Shown here: positions 36,161 through 48,588 of the stretch, one piece after another
How positions within the stretch are numbered: position 1 is the first letter of the stretch
Layout of the letters: every line of letters begins with the position of its first letter
DNA from: Heterodontus francisci
Lineage: Eukaryota
DNA length: 64,000 bases
Assembly: GCF_036365525.1 (NCBI RefSeq)
Contig: NC_090395.1
Location: forward strand, 65,187,326 to 65,251,325
Direction of reading: 5' to 3'
The notes under the pieces: model-generated
What the model was told of the DNA's origin: nothing
What the model saw: only the letters and a program-made list of their open reading frames with translations
The model's database searches: none
Position numbers and translations under genes: made by a program

Positions 36161-36273
36161 CCAGTTCCCAAGAAGGGTCACTGACCCGAAACGTTAACTC
36201 TGCTTCTCTCTCCACAGATGCTGCCAGACCTGCTGAGTATTTCCAGCATTTCTTGTTTTTATTTTAGATTTCC
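36161..36273 (+). mobile_element. Young Penelope-like terminal fragment with hammerhead motif
   Basis: ccagtt-CCCAAGA-agggtcactgaccc-GAAA-cgtt-aact...; near-identical to 39745-39849 and 52155-52290. Confidence 0.85.
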
Positions 36274-36891
36274 TATTGCCCTGACTGTACTGTCTCATGT
36301 TCACTGCTCACCTACTGCAGCATAAATCTGTTGGTAGCTTTGTCCATTGCTCAAGCAGCAACTTCATGAATGTAATACATCGCAAGATTGACATCAGGTT
36401 AAAAAGAAAAGTTATAAACCTTATTGATTCTGAAAGCTAAAGCTAACATATTTTAATACTATTTACCTACAGAAGCAATAACAATTCCGGTAACTCACTG
36501 GGCATAGAGTGCTTTGGGATATTTTGAGAGACTTAAAGCACTATATAAATCCAAATTTATTTTATCTTAATTTTACTAAATTTGTTTAAGAAGCAAGTAA
36601 CTTTGTTGATTCCTTTGCAAATCATGTCAGTTTGTTTACACTTGAAATATTTTTGTTCTTCCTCCCATGGGGAATTTGCAGTATTTATTCTTCCCTCCTT
36701 GAAACAAATTTGTATGGATGTAAAAAAGTTTATTTTCCCTACACAGTAGATTTGTAGTTCAACATTTTAAGTTTATAAGCATCTTGCCAGCACAAGCATA
36801 GTGACCCAAAGCCTGGTCCCCAATAATGCTGAACTCAGAATTTATTAATTGCCCTATATGCATTTTTAAAAAAAAGCATAGTTTAATTATT

Positions 36892-39849
36892 ATTCTGATC
36901 TGACCCCTTGCCATGTATTCACTATACCCTCTGACCTTCCCCTCTCTGACGCTGACTTCTGTATTCAGCAAAGGACTCAGTTTTATCCCCTTACATCCCC
37001 ACCTCAATGAATTCTGTGCTCGGCATGACGTTGAGCTCTTCTTCCGTCGCCTTCGCCTCCGGGCTCACTTCTTTGACCAGGAGTCCTCCCCCCGAACAGC
37101 GGACCCGTTCGCTCGTCTCCAGAATTCCCCCTCTACCTGGACCCCTTCCTCTTGCCTCTTACCCGCTCTTGATCTTTTCATTGAAAACTGCCAGCGAGAC
37201 ATCGGACGTCTCAATTTCTCTGGCACCCCCTCCCCCCCCCTGAACTTGCCGCACTCCATTCTCTCAGGTCTAACCCCGACATTGTCATCAAACATGCAGA
37301 TAACATGCTGTTGTTGTCTGGCGTACTGACCTCTACCTTGCAGAGGCTCAGCGCCAACTCTCAGACACTTCTTCATACCTCCCCCTGGACCGTGACCCCA
37401 CCAGCGAACATCAAGATACTGTCCACAGAACTGTCACTGATCTCATCTCCTCTGGAGATCTTCCCTCTACAGCTTCCAATCTCATAGTCCCGCAACCCCA
37501 GACAGCCCGCTTCTACCTCGTCCCCAAAATCCACAAACAGGACTGTCCTGGCAGGCCCATTGTTTCAGCCTGTTCCTGCCCCACTGAACTTATTTCTTCT
37601 TATCTTGACTCTATCTTTTCTCCGCTGGTCCAGTCTCTTCCCAACTACATCCTCTTCTGATGCCCTACGCCATTTTGACAATTTCCAGTTTCCTGGCCCT
37701 AACCGCCTCCTCCTTCACTATGGACCTCCAATCTCTCTACATCTCCATCCCCCATCAGGACGGTTTGAGGCCTCTCCGTTTCTTCCTTGAGTAGAGGTCC
37801 AACCAGTCTCCATTCACCGCCACCCTCCTCTGCCTGGCTGAACTTGTCCTCACATTGAACAACTTCTCCTTCAACTTCACTCACTTCCTCCAAGTAAAAG
37901 GTGTTGCTATGCGTACCAGCATGAGTCCCAGTTATGCCTGTCTTTTGTGGGATATGTCGAACATTCCTTGTTCCAGTCCTACTCGGGCCCCTCCCCAAAC
38001 TCTTTTTCCGGTACATTGATGATTGTATCGATGCCGTTTCCTGCTCCCGCCCGGAACTAGAAAACCTTATTAACTTTGCTTCTAATTTCCACCCTTCCCT
38101 CACCTTCACATGGTCCATTTCCGACACTTCCCTTCCTCGACTTCTCTGTTTCCATCTCTGGGGATAGGCTGTTTACAGATATTCATTATAAGCCCACGGA
38201 CTCCCACAGCTACCTCGACTACAATTCTTCACACTCTGCCTCCTGTAAGGACTCCATTCCATTCTCCCAGTTTCTCCATCTCCGACGCATCTGCTCTGAT
38301 GATGCTACCTTCCACGACAGTGCTTCCGATAAGTCTTCCTTTTCCCTCAACCGAGGATTCCCCCCCCCACTGTGGCTAACGGGGCCCTCAAACATGTCCG
38401 GCCCATTTCCCGCACCTCTACCCTCACCCCTTCCCCTCCCTCCCAGAACAGCGACAGGGTTCCCCTTGTCCTCACTTTCCACTCCACCAGCCTCCAGATT
38501 CAGAGGATCATCCTCCTCCACTTCCGTCACATCCAGCGTGATGCCACTACTAAACGCATCTTCCCCTCCCTTCCCCGACAACATTCCGAAGGGATCGTTC
38601 CCTCCGTGACACCCTCATCCACTCTTCCATTACCCCCACCACCTCGTTCTCTTCCCACAGTATCTTCCCCTGCAATCGCAGCAGGTGTAATACCTGCCCA
38701 TTTACCTCCTCTCTCCTCACTATCCCAGCCTCCAAACACTCCTTTCAGTTGAAGCAGCGATTTACTTGTACTTCTTTCAATTTAGTATACTGTATTCGTT
38801 GCTCACATTGGGGAGACCAAACGGAGATTGGGTGACCGCTTTGTGGAACACCTCCGCTCAGTCTGTAAGTGTGACCCCGAGCTTCCGGTTGCTGGCCATT
38901 TCAACACACCCCCCTGCTCTCATGCTCACATCTCTGTCCTGGGATTGCTGCAGTGTTCCAACGAACATCAACGCAAGCTCGAGGAACAGCATCGCATTTA
39001 CCGATTAGGCTCACTACAGCCTGCCGGACTGAACATTGAGTTCAATAATTTCAGAGCATGACGGTGCCCCCTTTTTATGCTTAGTTCTTTTTTCTTTTTC
39101 CTTTTTTATTTGGTTATTTTATTTTAGGTTTTTCAGTTTGTTTCCACTGTACTTACTGTTTTGGTTTTTTTAATGTATTTTTTCATGTTTGTGCTTGGAG
39201 TGCTCTGCTTTGCAGTCATTTGCGGCACAGTGGTGCAGTGGTTAGCACTGCAGCCTCACAGCTCCAGCGACCCGGGTTCAATTCTGGGTCCTGCCTGTGT
39301 GGAGTTTGCAAGTTCTCCCTGTGTCTGCGTGGGTTTTCTCCGGGTGCTCCGGTTTCCTCCCACAAGCCAAAAGACTTGCAGGTTGGTAGGTAAATTGGCC
39401 ATTATAAATTGCCCCTAGTATAGGTAGGTGGTAGGGAAATATAGGGACAGGTGGGGATGTGGTAGGAATATGGGATTAGTGTAGGATTAGTATAAATGGG
39501 TAGTTGATGGTCGGCACAGACTCGGTGGGCCGAAGGGCCTGTTTCAGTGCTGTATCTCTAAACTAAACCCTATCTGTACTAACGCTTTGGCTTTCAGCAC
39601 ACCATTAACATACCGTTCACCTTTGTTCCATGACCTTCTGGTCAGCTATTCTCTGTGACCTTGTCCTATCAACACCTTCACCTTTGTTATCTCTTGCCCC
39701 ACCCCCGCTTTACTTGCTTAAAACCTTTTACATTTCTAATATTTGCCAGTTCTGAAGAAGGGTCTCTGACCTGAAAAATTAACTCTGCTTCTCTCTGCAC
39801 AGATGCTGCCAGACCTTCTGAGTATTTCCAGCATTTCTTGTTTTTATTT
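36892..39849 (+). mobile_element. Penelope-like retroelement (RT + GIY-YIG endonuclease), 5'-truncated and frameshifted, 13-bp TSD
   Basis: SKGLSFIP, FYLVPKIHK...GRPIVS, FFRYIDD, YKPTDSH, LGDRFVEH...LEEQH..YRLGSLQPAGLN*; TSD TAGTTTAATTATT at 36879-36891 and 39850-39862. Confidence 0.93.
39222..39567 (+). mobile_element. V-SINE (HE1-like) nested in the Penelope 3'UTR
   Basis: Near-identical to the 17615 and 45911 copies; ctaaactaaa tail. Confidence 0.92.
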
Positions 39850-41171
39850 TAGTTTAATTATTGTTGCATCCCTCAATTGTTTGTAAATTTTCTGACTGGT
39901 TGGCATGTGATATGGGTCATGTTGCACTTTGAATGGTGCAGTTCCATGACAGCATACTTCCCCATTCATTTTCTCACCATAACCCTGAAAATCTCTTCTC
40001 TCTCCCAAATCTTATCAGCTGCGCTCCATCCTTGAGCCAACGGAGAACACAAAAACTTATTCCCCAAACTTTTCCAATACCAACTTTGACCCAGTAACTA
40101 GGACTCATGGGTGTTAACTACTCTACCCTCCCTGTTCTTTTCTCCGTATAAGTAAAGCTTGCTGCCTTGAAGGCATGGTGCTGTGGGAAATTACAGGTGT
40201 GAACCAATGTCATGCAATTCTGACCATAATCCTGTTTATGGATCAAGGCTGGTGCACCAACAGGAAGGAATGAAATGGCCACGGGAAGTCTGCCTCTATT
40301 TTAGATGGTTTTTTTTCTTTATAGTAAGATCATTTTAAACAAGGCATTTGCATGCTTTATAGAATAAACATCATAAAAAGTGACGAATGCTCCTCAGACT
40401 AAACAATGGCGAAAAGTGAACTAGAAACCACCACAGTAAATAGATTCAGAGAGACATTGATATCACTTCATGGAAAGGAAGGGTCAATGCTACCCCATCC
40501 ATTCCTATTTTTCTCCTTACTAAGATCTGAAGACCACGTTTTCTTGAGTAAAGGCAGCATAATTCAAAGATCCTACTACAGCTGGAGTGTACTTATGGTT
40601 CATTTAGTTGGCCAGGTGTTTGTTCACTGAGCTACTATAGACTATCACCCGGCCATTTTCAGGCAGTTCCAGAACGGTGTTCCAGAAAGAATGCTTAGCC
40701 GGATCTGTAAAAGCTCCCAAGGTCCTTGACTTACTTGATATACCACTTTGACAAGCTTCCCAACTTATGACACAATCCAGTTCAATGAAGTACCTTCATG
40801 CATAAAGATAGATGAGAACAAAATGATGCAAAAAGCAGTTTATTTAAAATATTTTCACACATGGTATACTATATCAAAATAATGAACTATTCAATGAACA
40901 TAATTTTCATGACCAAATCTAAAGTAAATGTTTTTGTATAGGGTTATATCTGATTAGTAAATGAAATTGTATATCTTGCAGATATAACATTAAGTCAAAG
41001 TTGTTGACCAAGTGAATTGGATCCCACTAGTACCCTAACCTTTGCAAATTACCTAATTTATTTCTTCTTAGCAGTCTGTTCCAAATATTTCTTTAAAGAA
41101 GCTCATGTAAAGTACATTTGGGACAGATATCATCAATTTAATTTAGAGTCTTTTGGTCCTACTGTCCTGCT

Positions 41172-44100
41172 TTAGAGTCATAGTCACAGAGCCATGCACA
41201 GAAACAGGCCCTTCGGCCCATCGTGTCTGTGCCGGCCATCAAGTCCCATTTTCCAGCACTTGGCCCGTAGCCTTGTATGCTATGGCGTTTCAAGTGCTCA
41301 TCTAAATACTTCTTAAATGTTGTGAGGGTTCCTGCCTCTACCATCACTTCAGGCAGTGTATTCCAGATTGAACCACCCTCTGGGTGAAAATTCTTTTCCT
41401 CAAATCCCCTCTAAACCTCCTGCCCCTTACCTTAAATCTATGCCCCCTGGTTATTGACCACTCCACTAAAAGTCTCTTCCTATCTAACCTATCAATGCCC
41501 CACATAATTTTGTATACCTCAATCAGGTCCTCCCCTCATCCTTCTCTGTTCTAAGGAAAACAACCCTAGCCTTTTCAGTCTCTCTTCATAGCTCCAGCCC
41601 AGGCAACATCCTGGTGAATCTCCTCTGCACCCTCTCCAGTGCAATCACATCCTTCCTCTAGTGTGGTGCCCAGAAATGTACACACTACTCCAGCTGTGGC
41701 CTAACTAACGTTTTATACAGCTCCATCGTAACCTCCCTGCTCTTATATCCTATACCTCGTCTAATAAAGGCAAGTATCCCATATGCCTTCCGAACCACCT
41801 TAACTACCTGTGCTGCTTCATTCAGTGATCTATGGACAAGTACACCAAGGTCCCTCTGACACTCTGTACTTCCTAGGGTCCTACCATCCATTGTATATTC
41901 CCTTGCCTTGTTAGTCCTCCCAAAATGCATCACCTTACACTTCTCAGGATTAAATTCCATTTACCACTGCTCTGCCCATCTTACCAGCCCATCTATATCG
42001 TCCTGTATTCTAAGGCTTTCCTCTTCACTATTTACGACACTACCAATTTTCAAGTCATCTGCAAACTTACTGATCATACCTCCTATATTCACGTCTAAAT
42101 CATTAATGTACGCTACAAACAGCAAAGGTCCCAGCACCGATCCCTGTGGTACACCAATGGTCACAGGCTTCCACTCACAAAAACAACCCTCGACCATTAC
42201 CCTCTCCTGCCACTAAGCTAATTTTGGATTCAATTTGCCAAATTGCTCTGGTTCCCATGGATTCTTACCTTCTTAACCAATCTCCCATGTGAGACCTTTC
42301 CCCTAGTATAGGTAGGTGATAGGAGAATTGAGGGAAGGTGGGGATGTGGTAGGGAATATGGGATTAATGTAGGATTAGTATAAATGGGTGGTTGATGGTC
42401 GGCACAGACTTGGTAGGCCGAAGGGCCTGCTTCAGTGCTGTATCTCTCTATGACTCTTAAGTCCATGTAGACTACATCAACTGCTTTACCCTCATCTACA
42501 CATCTAGTCACCTCCTCGAAAAATTCAATCAAGTTTGTTAGACATGATCTCCCCCTGACAACGCCGTACTGACTATCCCTGATTATTCCCTGCCTCTCCA
42601 ATAGTTTCCCAACCACTGATGTTCGACTCACCGGCCTGTAATTACCTGGTTTATCCCTGCTACCCTTCTTGAATAATGGTACCACGTTCGCTGTCCTCCA
42701 GTCCTCTGGCACCTCTCCCATGGCCAGAGAGGATCTGAAAATTTGTGTCAGTGCCCCTGCTATTACCTCCCTTGCCTCACACAACAGCCTGGAATACATC
42801 TCATCTGGGTCTGGGGATTTATCCACTTTTAAGCCCGCTAAAGCATCTAATACTTCTTCCCTTTCAATGTTAATATGTTCAAGTATATCGTAATCCCCCT
42901 CCCTGATCTCTACACCTACATCATCCTTCTCCACAGTGAAAACAGATGAAAAGTAATCATTTAAAACCTCACCTATGTCCTCCGGCTCCACACACACATT
43001 GCCATTTGGTCCCTAATGGGCCCTACTCTTTCCCTGGTTATCCTCTTGCCCTTAATATATTTATAAAATGCCTTAGGATTTTCCTTTATATTGACTGCCA
43101 ATGTTTTTTCATGTCCCCTCTTTGCTCTCCTAATTACTTTTTTTAAGTACCCCCTACACTTTCTATACTCCTCTAGTTCCTCCGCTGTTTTCAGCGCTCC
43201 GAATCTGCCACAAGCCTTTTTTTTTCCTGATCCAATGCTCTATATCCATTGACATCCAGGGTTCCCCGGACTTGTTGGTCCTACCCTTCACCTTAACTGG
43301 TACAGGTTGGCTCTGAACTCTCATTATTTCCTCTTTGAATGACTCCCACTGGCCTGATGTAGTCTTTCCTACAAGTAGCTGCTCCCAGTCCACTTTGGCC
43401 AGATCCTGTTTTATCAAATTGAAATTGGCCTTCCCTCAATTCAGTACCTTTATTTCTGGACTGTCTTTGTCCTTTTCCATAACTACCTTAAATCTTAGAG
43501 TTATAGTCACTATCCCCGAAATGCTCTCCCACTGATACTTCTACCACTTGTCTGGCTTCATTCCCTAGGATTATGACCAGTACTGTCCCTTTTCTTGTAG
43601 GACTTTCTACGTACTGGTTCAAAAAGCTCTCGTGTGCATTTTAAGAATTCCTCCCCCTTTAAGCCTTTTGCACTAAGACTATCCCAGTTGATATTAGGTA
43701 AGTTGAAATCCCCTACTATTATTACCCTATTATTTTTACACCTCTCTGAGATCTGCCTACATATCTGTTCCTCTATCTCTCCCTGACTGTTTGGAGGCCT
43801 GTAGTACACGCCCAGCCATGTGATTGCCCCCCTTTTGTTCTTAAGTTCTACCCATATGGCCTCATTTGAGGAACCTTCTAAGATATCATCCCTCCTTACT
43901 GCAGTAATTGACTCCTTGATCAACAGTGCAATACCACCTCCTCTTTTATCCCCTCCCCTATCACGCCTGAAGATTCTATACCCTGGAATATTGAATTGCC
44001 ACTCCTGCCCCTCCCTCAGCCATGTCTCTGTGATAGCAATAATATCGTAATCCCATGTGCTATTGATCACTCAATTCATCTGCCTTATTAGTAAGACTCC

Positions 44101-45655
44101 TTGCATTAAAGTATATGCAATCCAGCCTTGCATTTTTCACTTGTGCCTTAACAGATCTATATTTGCTCTGCCTTCCAGACTGACTCAGTTTCTCTTCTAT
44201 ATTTGGCTGTTCCTCACCCCCGACTGTATCTCCACTCTGTATCCCATCCCCCTGCCAAATTAGTTTAACCCCCCCCCCACCCCCTCCCCCTCCCACAACA
44301 GCACTAGCAAACCTCCCAGCAAGGATGTTGGTCCCGTTCCGGTTCATGTGCATCCTGTCCAACTTGTACAGGTCCTACCTTTGCCAGAAACAGACCCAGT
44401 GATCCAGGAACCTAAAGCCCTCCCTCCTGCACCATCTCCTCAGCCACGCATTCATCTGCTCTATCCTCCTATTCCTATACTCGCTAGCATGTGGCACCGG
44501 GAGTAATCCAGAGATTACAACCTTTTGAGGTCCTGCTTTTTAATCTGCTACCTAGCTCCCTAAATTCTTGTTGCAGGACTTCATCCCTCTTTCTACCTAT
44601 GTCGTTGCTACCAATGTGTATCACGACCTTAGACTGTTCACCCTCCCCCTTCAGAATGTCCTGCAGCCGCTCCAAAACATTCTTGACCCTAGCACCAGGG
44701 AGTTAACATACCACCCTGGAGCCTCGTTTGCGGCCACAGAAATGCCTATCTGCACCCCTTACGATAGAATCCCCTATCACTATAGCTCATCCACCCCTTT
44801 TCCTCCCCTGCTGTGCAGCAGAGCCCTCCGTGGTGCCACGAATTTGGCTCTTGCTGCTTTCCCCTGGGAGGTCATCTCCCGCAACAGTATCCAAAGCGGT
44901 ATATCTGTTTGAGAGGAGGATGGCCACAGGGGACTCCTGCACTACCTGCCTGCACCTACTACTCCGTCTGGTGGTCACCCATCCCTTTTCTGCCTGTGTG
45001 ACCACCTCACTAAACGTGCTATCCATGATGTCCTCAGCATCGCGGATGCTCCACAGTGAATTCACCCGCAACTCCAGCTCCGTAATGCGGGTAGCCAGTA
45101 GCTGCAGATGGATACACTTCCTGCACACATGGTAGTCAGGGACACTTGCAGTGTCCCTGATTTCCCACACAGCACAGGAGGAGCATATCACGGGGCTGAG
45201 CTCTGCTGTCATGACTTACCCTTAGATTAATTAGTTACTCCCTTAATTAAAAAATACTAATTACACTAGGGGCCTTGTTCTACCCACTACAATCTAAAGT
45301 CCTTAATAAGTTGCACTGAATTTAAAAAAAACACTTTAGTATTACTCACCTTATGACTAGAGGTTTTTTCCAACAAAAAAATTTCCCCTTTTTTAAAGCT
45401 AATTAAATGCACTAGCAGCTGCTACTCACCCAACCAATCACCTTGCAGATTTCCTGTGATGTCACTAAGTTTTTTTTTCGAGTCTCAGCGCGCACCGAGA
45501 GAGAGAGAGAGAGCAGGTCCGCCAGCTGCCGCCGCTCCTGTCATCAGGTAAGTGAGGGCCTCGAGCCACACGCTCTCTCTTTTACAGCTCCCGCTCCGGA
45601 TTAGCTTCCGCCCAGGTCCGCCAGCCGCCGCCGCCGCTGTCTTCAGTTAAGTGAT
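41172..45655 (-). mobile_element. Near full-length CR1 LINE (5'UTR, ORF1 zinc finger/esterase, ORF2 APE endonuclease + RT), inactivated
   Basis: ORF1 MTAELSPVICSSC..C..C from 45212 with HIGSND esterase; EN IIAITETW, YYRPP, GDFN; [16 protein letters not shown]; several frameshifts. Confidence 0.95.
42300..42456 (+). mobile_element. 5'-truncated V-SINE nested in the CR1 RT
   Basis: cccctagtataggtagg...gtgctgtatctctatgactct; antisense to the host. Confidence 0.88.
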
Positions 45656-45755
45656 TTAATAGTAAGGGATTAACTTGTGCCATTTAAAATAGCAGTTCAT
45701 TTTTTATACATGGATGGAGCTTCCCCAATTTTACTAAGTGCTGCTTTTCTAAACT

Positions 45756-46900
45756 TTTTTTTTCCAAAATATACTTTATTCATAAAAATCTGTAAAAATT
45801 ACATTACCAGTTTCAAACTGCACGAAGTCAAAAAATACAAACAGTGCAAAGGAGGTCCGTTTGCTTCATTACAATCATGAGTTGCCTCACAACCCTTCCA
45901 TTTCACATTTAGTTTAATTTAGTTTAGAGATACAGCACTGAAACAGGCCCTTCGGCCCACTGAGTCTGTGCCGACCATCAACCACCCATCTTATACCAAT
46001 CCTACACTAATTCCACATTACTACCACATCCCCACCTATCCCTATATTTCCCTACCACCTACCTATACTAGGGGCAATTTATAAAGGCCAATTAACCTAT
46101 CAACCAGCAAGTCTTTGGCATGTGGGAGGAAACCGGAGCACCCGGAGGAAACCCACGCAGACACAGGGAGAACTTGCAAACTCCACACAGGCAATACCCA
46201 GAATTGAACCCGGGTCGCTGGAGCTGTGAGGCTGAGGTGCTAACCACTGCACCACTGTGCCGCCCATTTGTCATGCCAATTACATTTTTACATTTTACAG
46301 CAAATGAAAATTTTTCCGATACAGTTCGAGGGGTTTCCCATGGATTCAGCCCCTCAGTTCACTATGGAGGGAGGACCTTATACAGTGGTCTTTCTCCATT
46401 GAGCCTTTGCTGCGGCTGCCCCAAGCCTTAGTGCGTCCCTCAGCACGTAGTCCTGGACCTTGGAATGTGCCAGTCTGCAACATTCGGTCGTGGACAACTC
46501 TTTGCGCTGGAAGACCAGCAAGTTTCAGGCAGACCAAAAGGCATCTTTCACCGAATTGATAGTCCTCCAGCAGCAGTTGATGTTTGTCTCGGTGTGCGTC
46601 CCTGGGAACAGCCCGTAGAGCACAGACTCCTGTGTTACAGAGCTGCTTGGGATGAACCTCGACAAAAACCACTGCATCTCTTTCCACACCTGCTTTGCAA
46701 AGACACATTCCAGGAGGAGGTGGGTAACCGTCTGTTCCCCACAGCCGCGGAGGGGGCAAGACTTTGGGCGTGCAGGAAGGATCTGATGGGGAGGACTCTT
46801 CTCACCACCAGCCAAGCTACATCTTGGTGCTTGTTTGAAAGTTCTGGTGATGAGGCAATCCGCCAAATGACTTTGGCGGTCTGCTCGGGGAACCATCTGT
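45756..46900 (-). mobile_element. L1/Tx1-clade LINE 3' fragment with poly(A) and 11-bp TSD
   Basis: CPLRGCGEQTVTHLLLECVFAKQVW (zf-RVT); AATAAA plus poly(A) on the - strand; TSD TTTTCTAAACT at 45745-45755 and 46901-46911. Confidence 0.9.
45911..46264 (-). mobile_element. V-SINE (HE1-like) nested in the Tx1 3'UTR
   Basis: Full head-to-tail copy; TSD cattt at 45906-45910 and 46265-46269. Confidence 0.92.
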
Positions 46901-48199
46901 TTTTCTAAACTCTAGAACCTTTTTAAAAAGGTTCTATTCATGGGAAGTGGGGTATTGCTGGCAAGGCCAGCATTTATTGCCATCCCTAACTGTCCTTAAG
47001 GTGGTGGTGAGTCACATTCTTGAACCCCTGCAATTCTTGTGTAGGTTCACCCACAGTTTTTCTTTGAGCTTCTTTAAATAATTTTGTTGTTTTTAAAACA
47101 TCAAAGAATATGATTGGAAAGAAGGATTCAACCAGACCAGAAAACAAAAGCATTACTTTCTCTGTAATTTTTGATTTGTTTCATGCATACAAGCCCCTCT
47201 TCTTGCCTCCCCCATTTTCTTTAGTCTCATAGTCTTCAGGTGAATTGAGACTCTGACTTATCATCCCCCTCCAATAACATATATACAGTTCTCTTAACCT
47301 TTAGTCTCTTCCCTGCCCCCCAACTAAAACATCCAGATACAGAATAATTTTCAGAACCCTGATAAACTAAGGTTCTGGTAATTTACAAGGTCTACTAAAA
47401 GAATATTTCTCAGCAACTTTGCAAACCACTTAAATTCAACAAAATCAGATGCCAAACAAAACCAATCCACTTTTTAAAAAAACATTTTCAACTTAGTGCA
47501 TCTTAATGACAGGAAAGTTTAACTGTCTTAGACAGAAGATGCTGGAAATACAGGAGGCTAATAAGAGCTGAAGGACAAAGGCAATGATGCAACATCCGAT
47601 GAGGTTCAAAGGTGAAGGATGTAATGAAAAGAAAGGTACGTGAGGTAGATCAACAACAAAATGGACTTAATAGTTGTTTCTGGTTCAAAATTCTGTGTTT
47701 TTCTTGGCCTATTCAAAACTCGGATGGGATGCAAGCAACTCTAATCCCTGCCCTATCCCCCAAACTGCAACCCCATCTCTCTTGTTCTTTACGTTTCAGG
47801 GAGTTCTCCAAATCTATGTGGAAATTTTTGCACGTTGTGATTGAATTTTCCATTGCCAATTTTTGTTCCTAATGTGGGTTCAGAGTTAAACTCTTGATGC
47901 TTTACAAAAAACATTAACAAGGGTGCATTTGGTGTTTTTGTCATTCTTTCTCTTCACTTGCCAATGAAATCCAGCAAAAATGTGGAATTTTTTTTTGTTC
48001 TGTCCGGGAAGATTAAGAGCACAGGGAGAATTCAAGTGAAAATAAAGAAAAATAAAATTTCAAAGTGCATTCAGACTCAGAAAACCTGGTTTTAATAGAT
48101 CTCTGGCATACATCTTATTTCTTGTAGATCAATTATTAAGAATAATTTTGGAATGCTTGAAATACAAATATATATAGAAATGATGGAATATTTATAGGG

Positions 48200-48378
48200 C
48201 AGGTCTGGAGACAAAACAGTGTTTCAGGTCCATGACCTTTCATCAAAACTGATGAAAAGTCGTTGGCCTGAAACATTAACTCTGTTTCTCTCCACAGATG
48301 CTGCCACACCTGCTGAATATTTCCAGCATTTTCTGTTTTTATTTCAGAATTCAGGCATCCGCAGTATTTTGCTTTTAT
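48200..48378. mobile_element. Penelope-like terminus with head-to-head inverted duplication, in the receptor 3'UTR
   Basis: gtttcaggtccatgacctttcatca-aaac-tgatgaaaagtcgttggcctgaaac inverted repeat. Confidence 0.8.
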
Positions 48379-48416
48379 AATTATAGAGCACTTTTTAAAC
48401 TCAAGATGTAATTGCA

Positions 48417-48588
48417 CTAGGATCTGAATGCCAGTGTAGAATATTCAACTGATTCTGAAGAATTGATCTTGATATCTCTCTTTTCCTTTTCCAAATCCTT
48501 CAAATTGGTGTAAGTTGCAGAACTTCCCTCCGTTTGAGCAGAAGGTTGAATGGTCACAGTGGAATAAATGATCGTATCTTCAGCTTCC
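48417..48588 (-). CDS. Receptor terminal exon EAEDTIIYSTVTIQPSAQTEGSSATYTNLKDLEKEKRDIKINSSESVEYSTLAFRS*
   Basis: tttaacag| acceptor, phase 2. ITIMs IIYSTV and VEYSTL plus an ITIM-like/YxN motif ATYTNL. TAG at 48419-48417. Confidence 0.85.

Noticed and set aside
39222-39290. tRNA-like sequence with A and B boxes (also at 27590-27669)
   Set aside because: These are SINE heads continuing into SINE body and tail; no complete cloverleaf.
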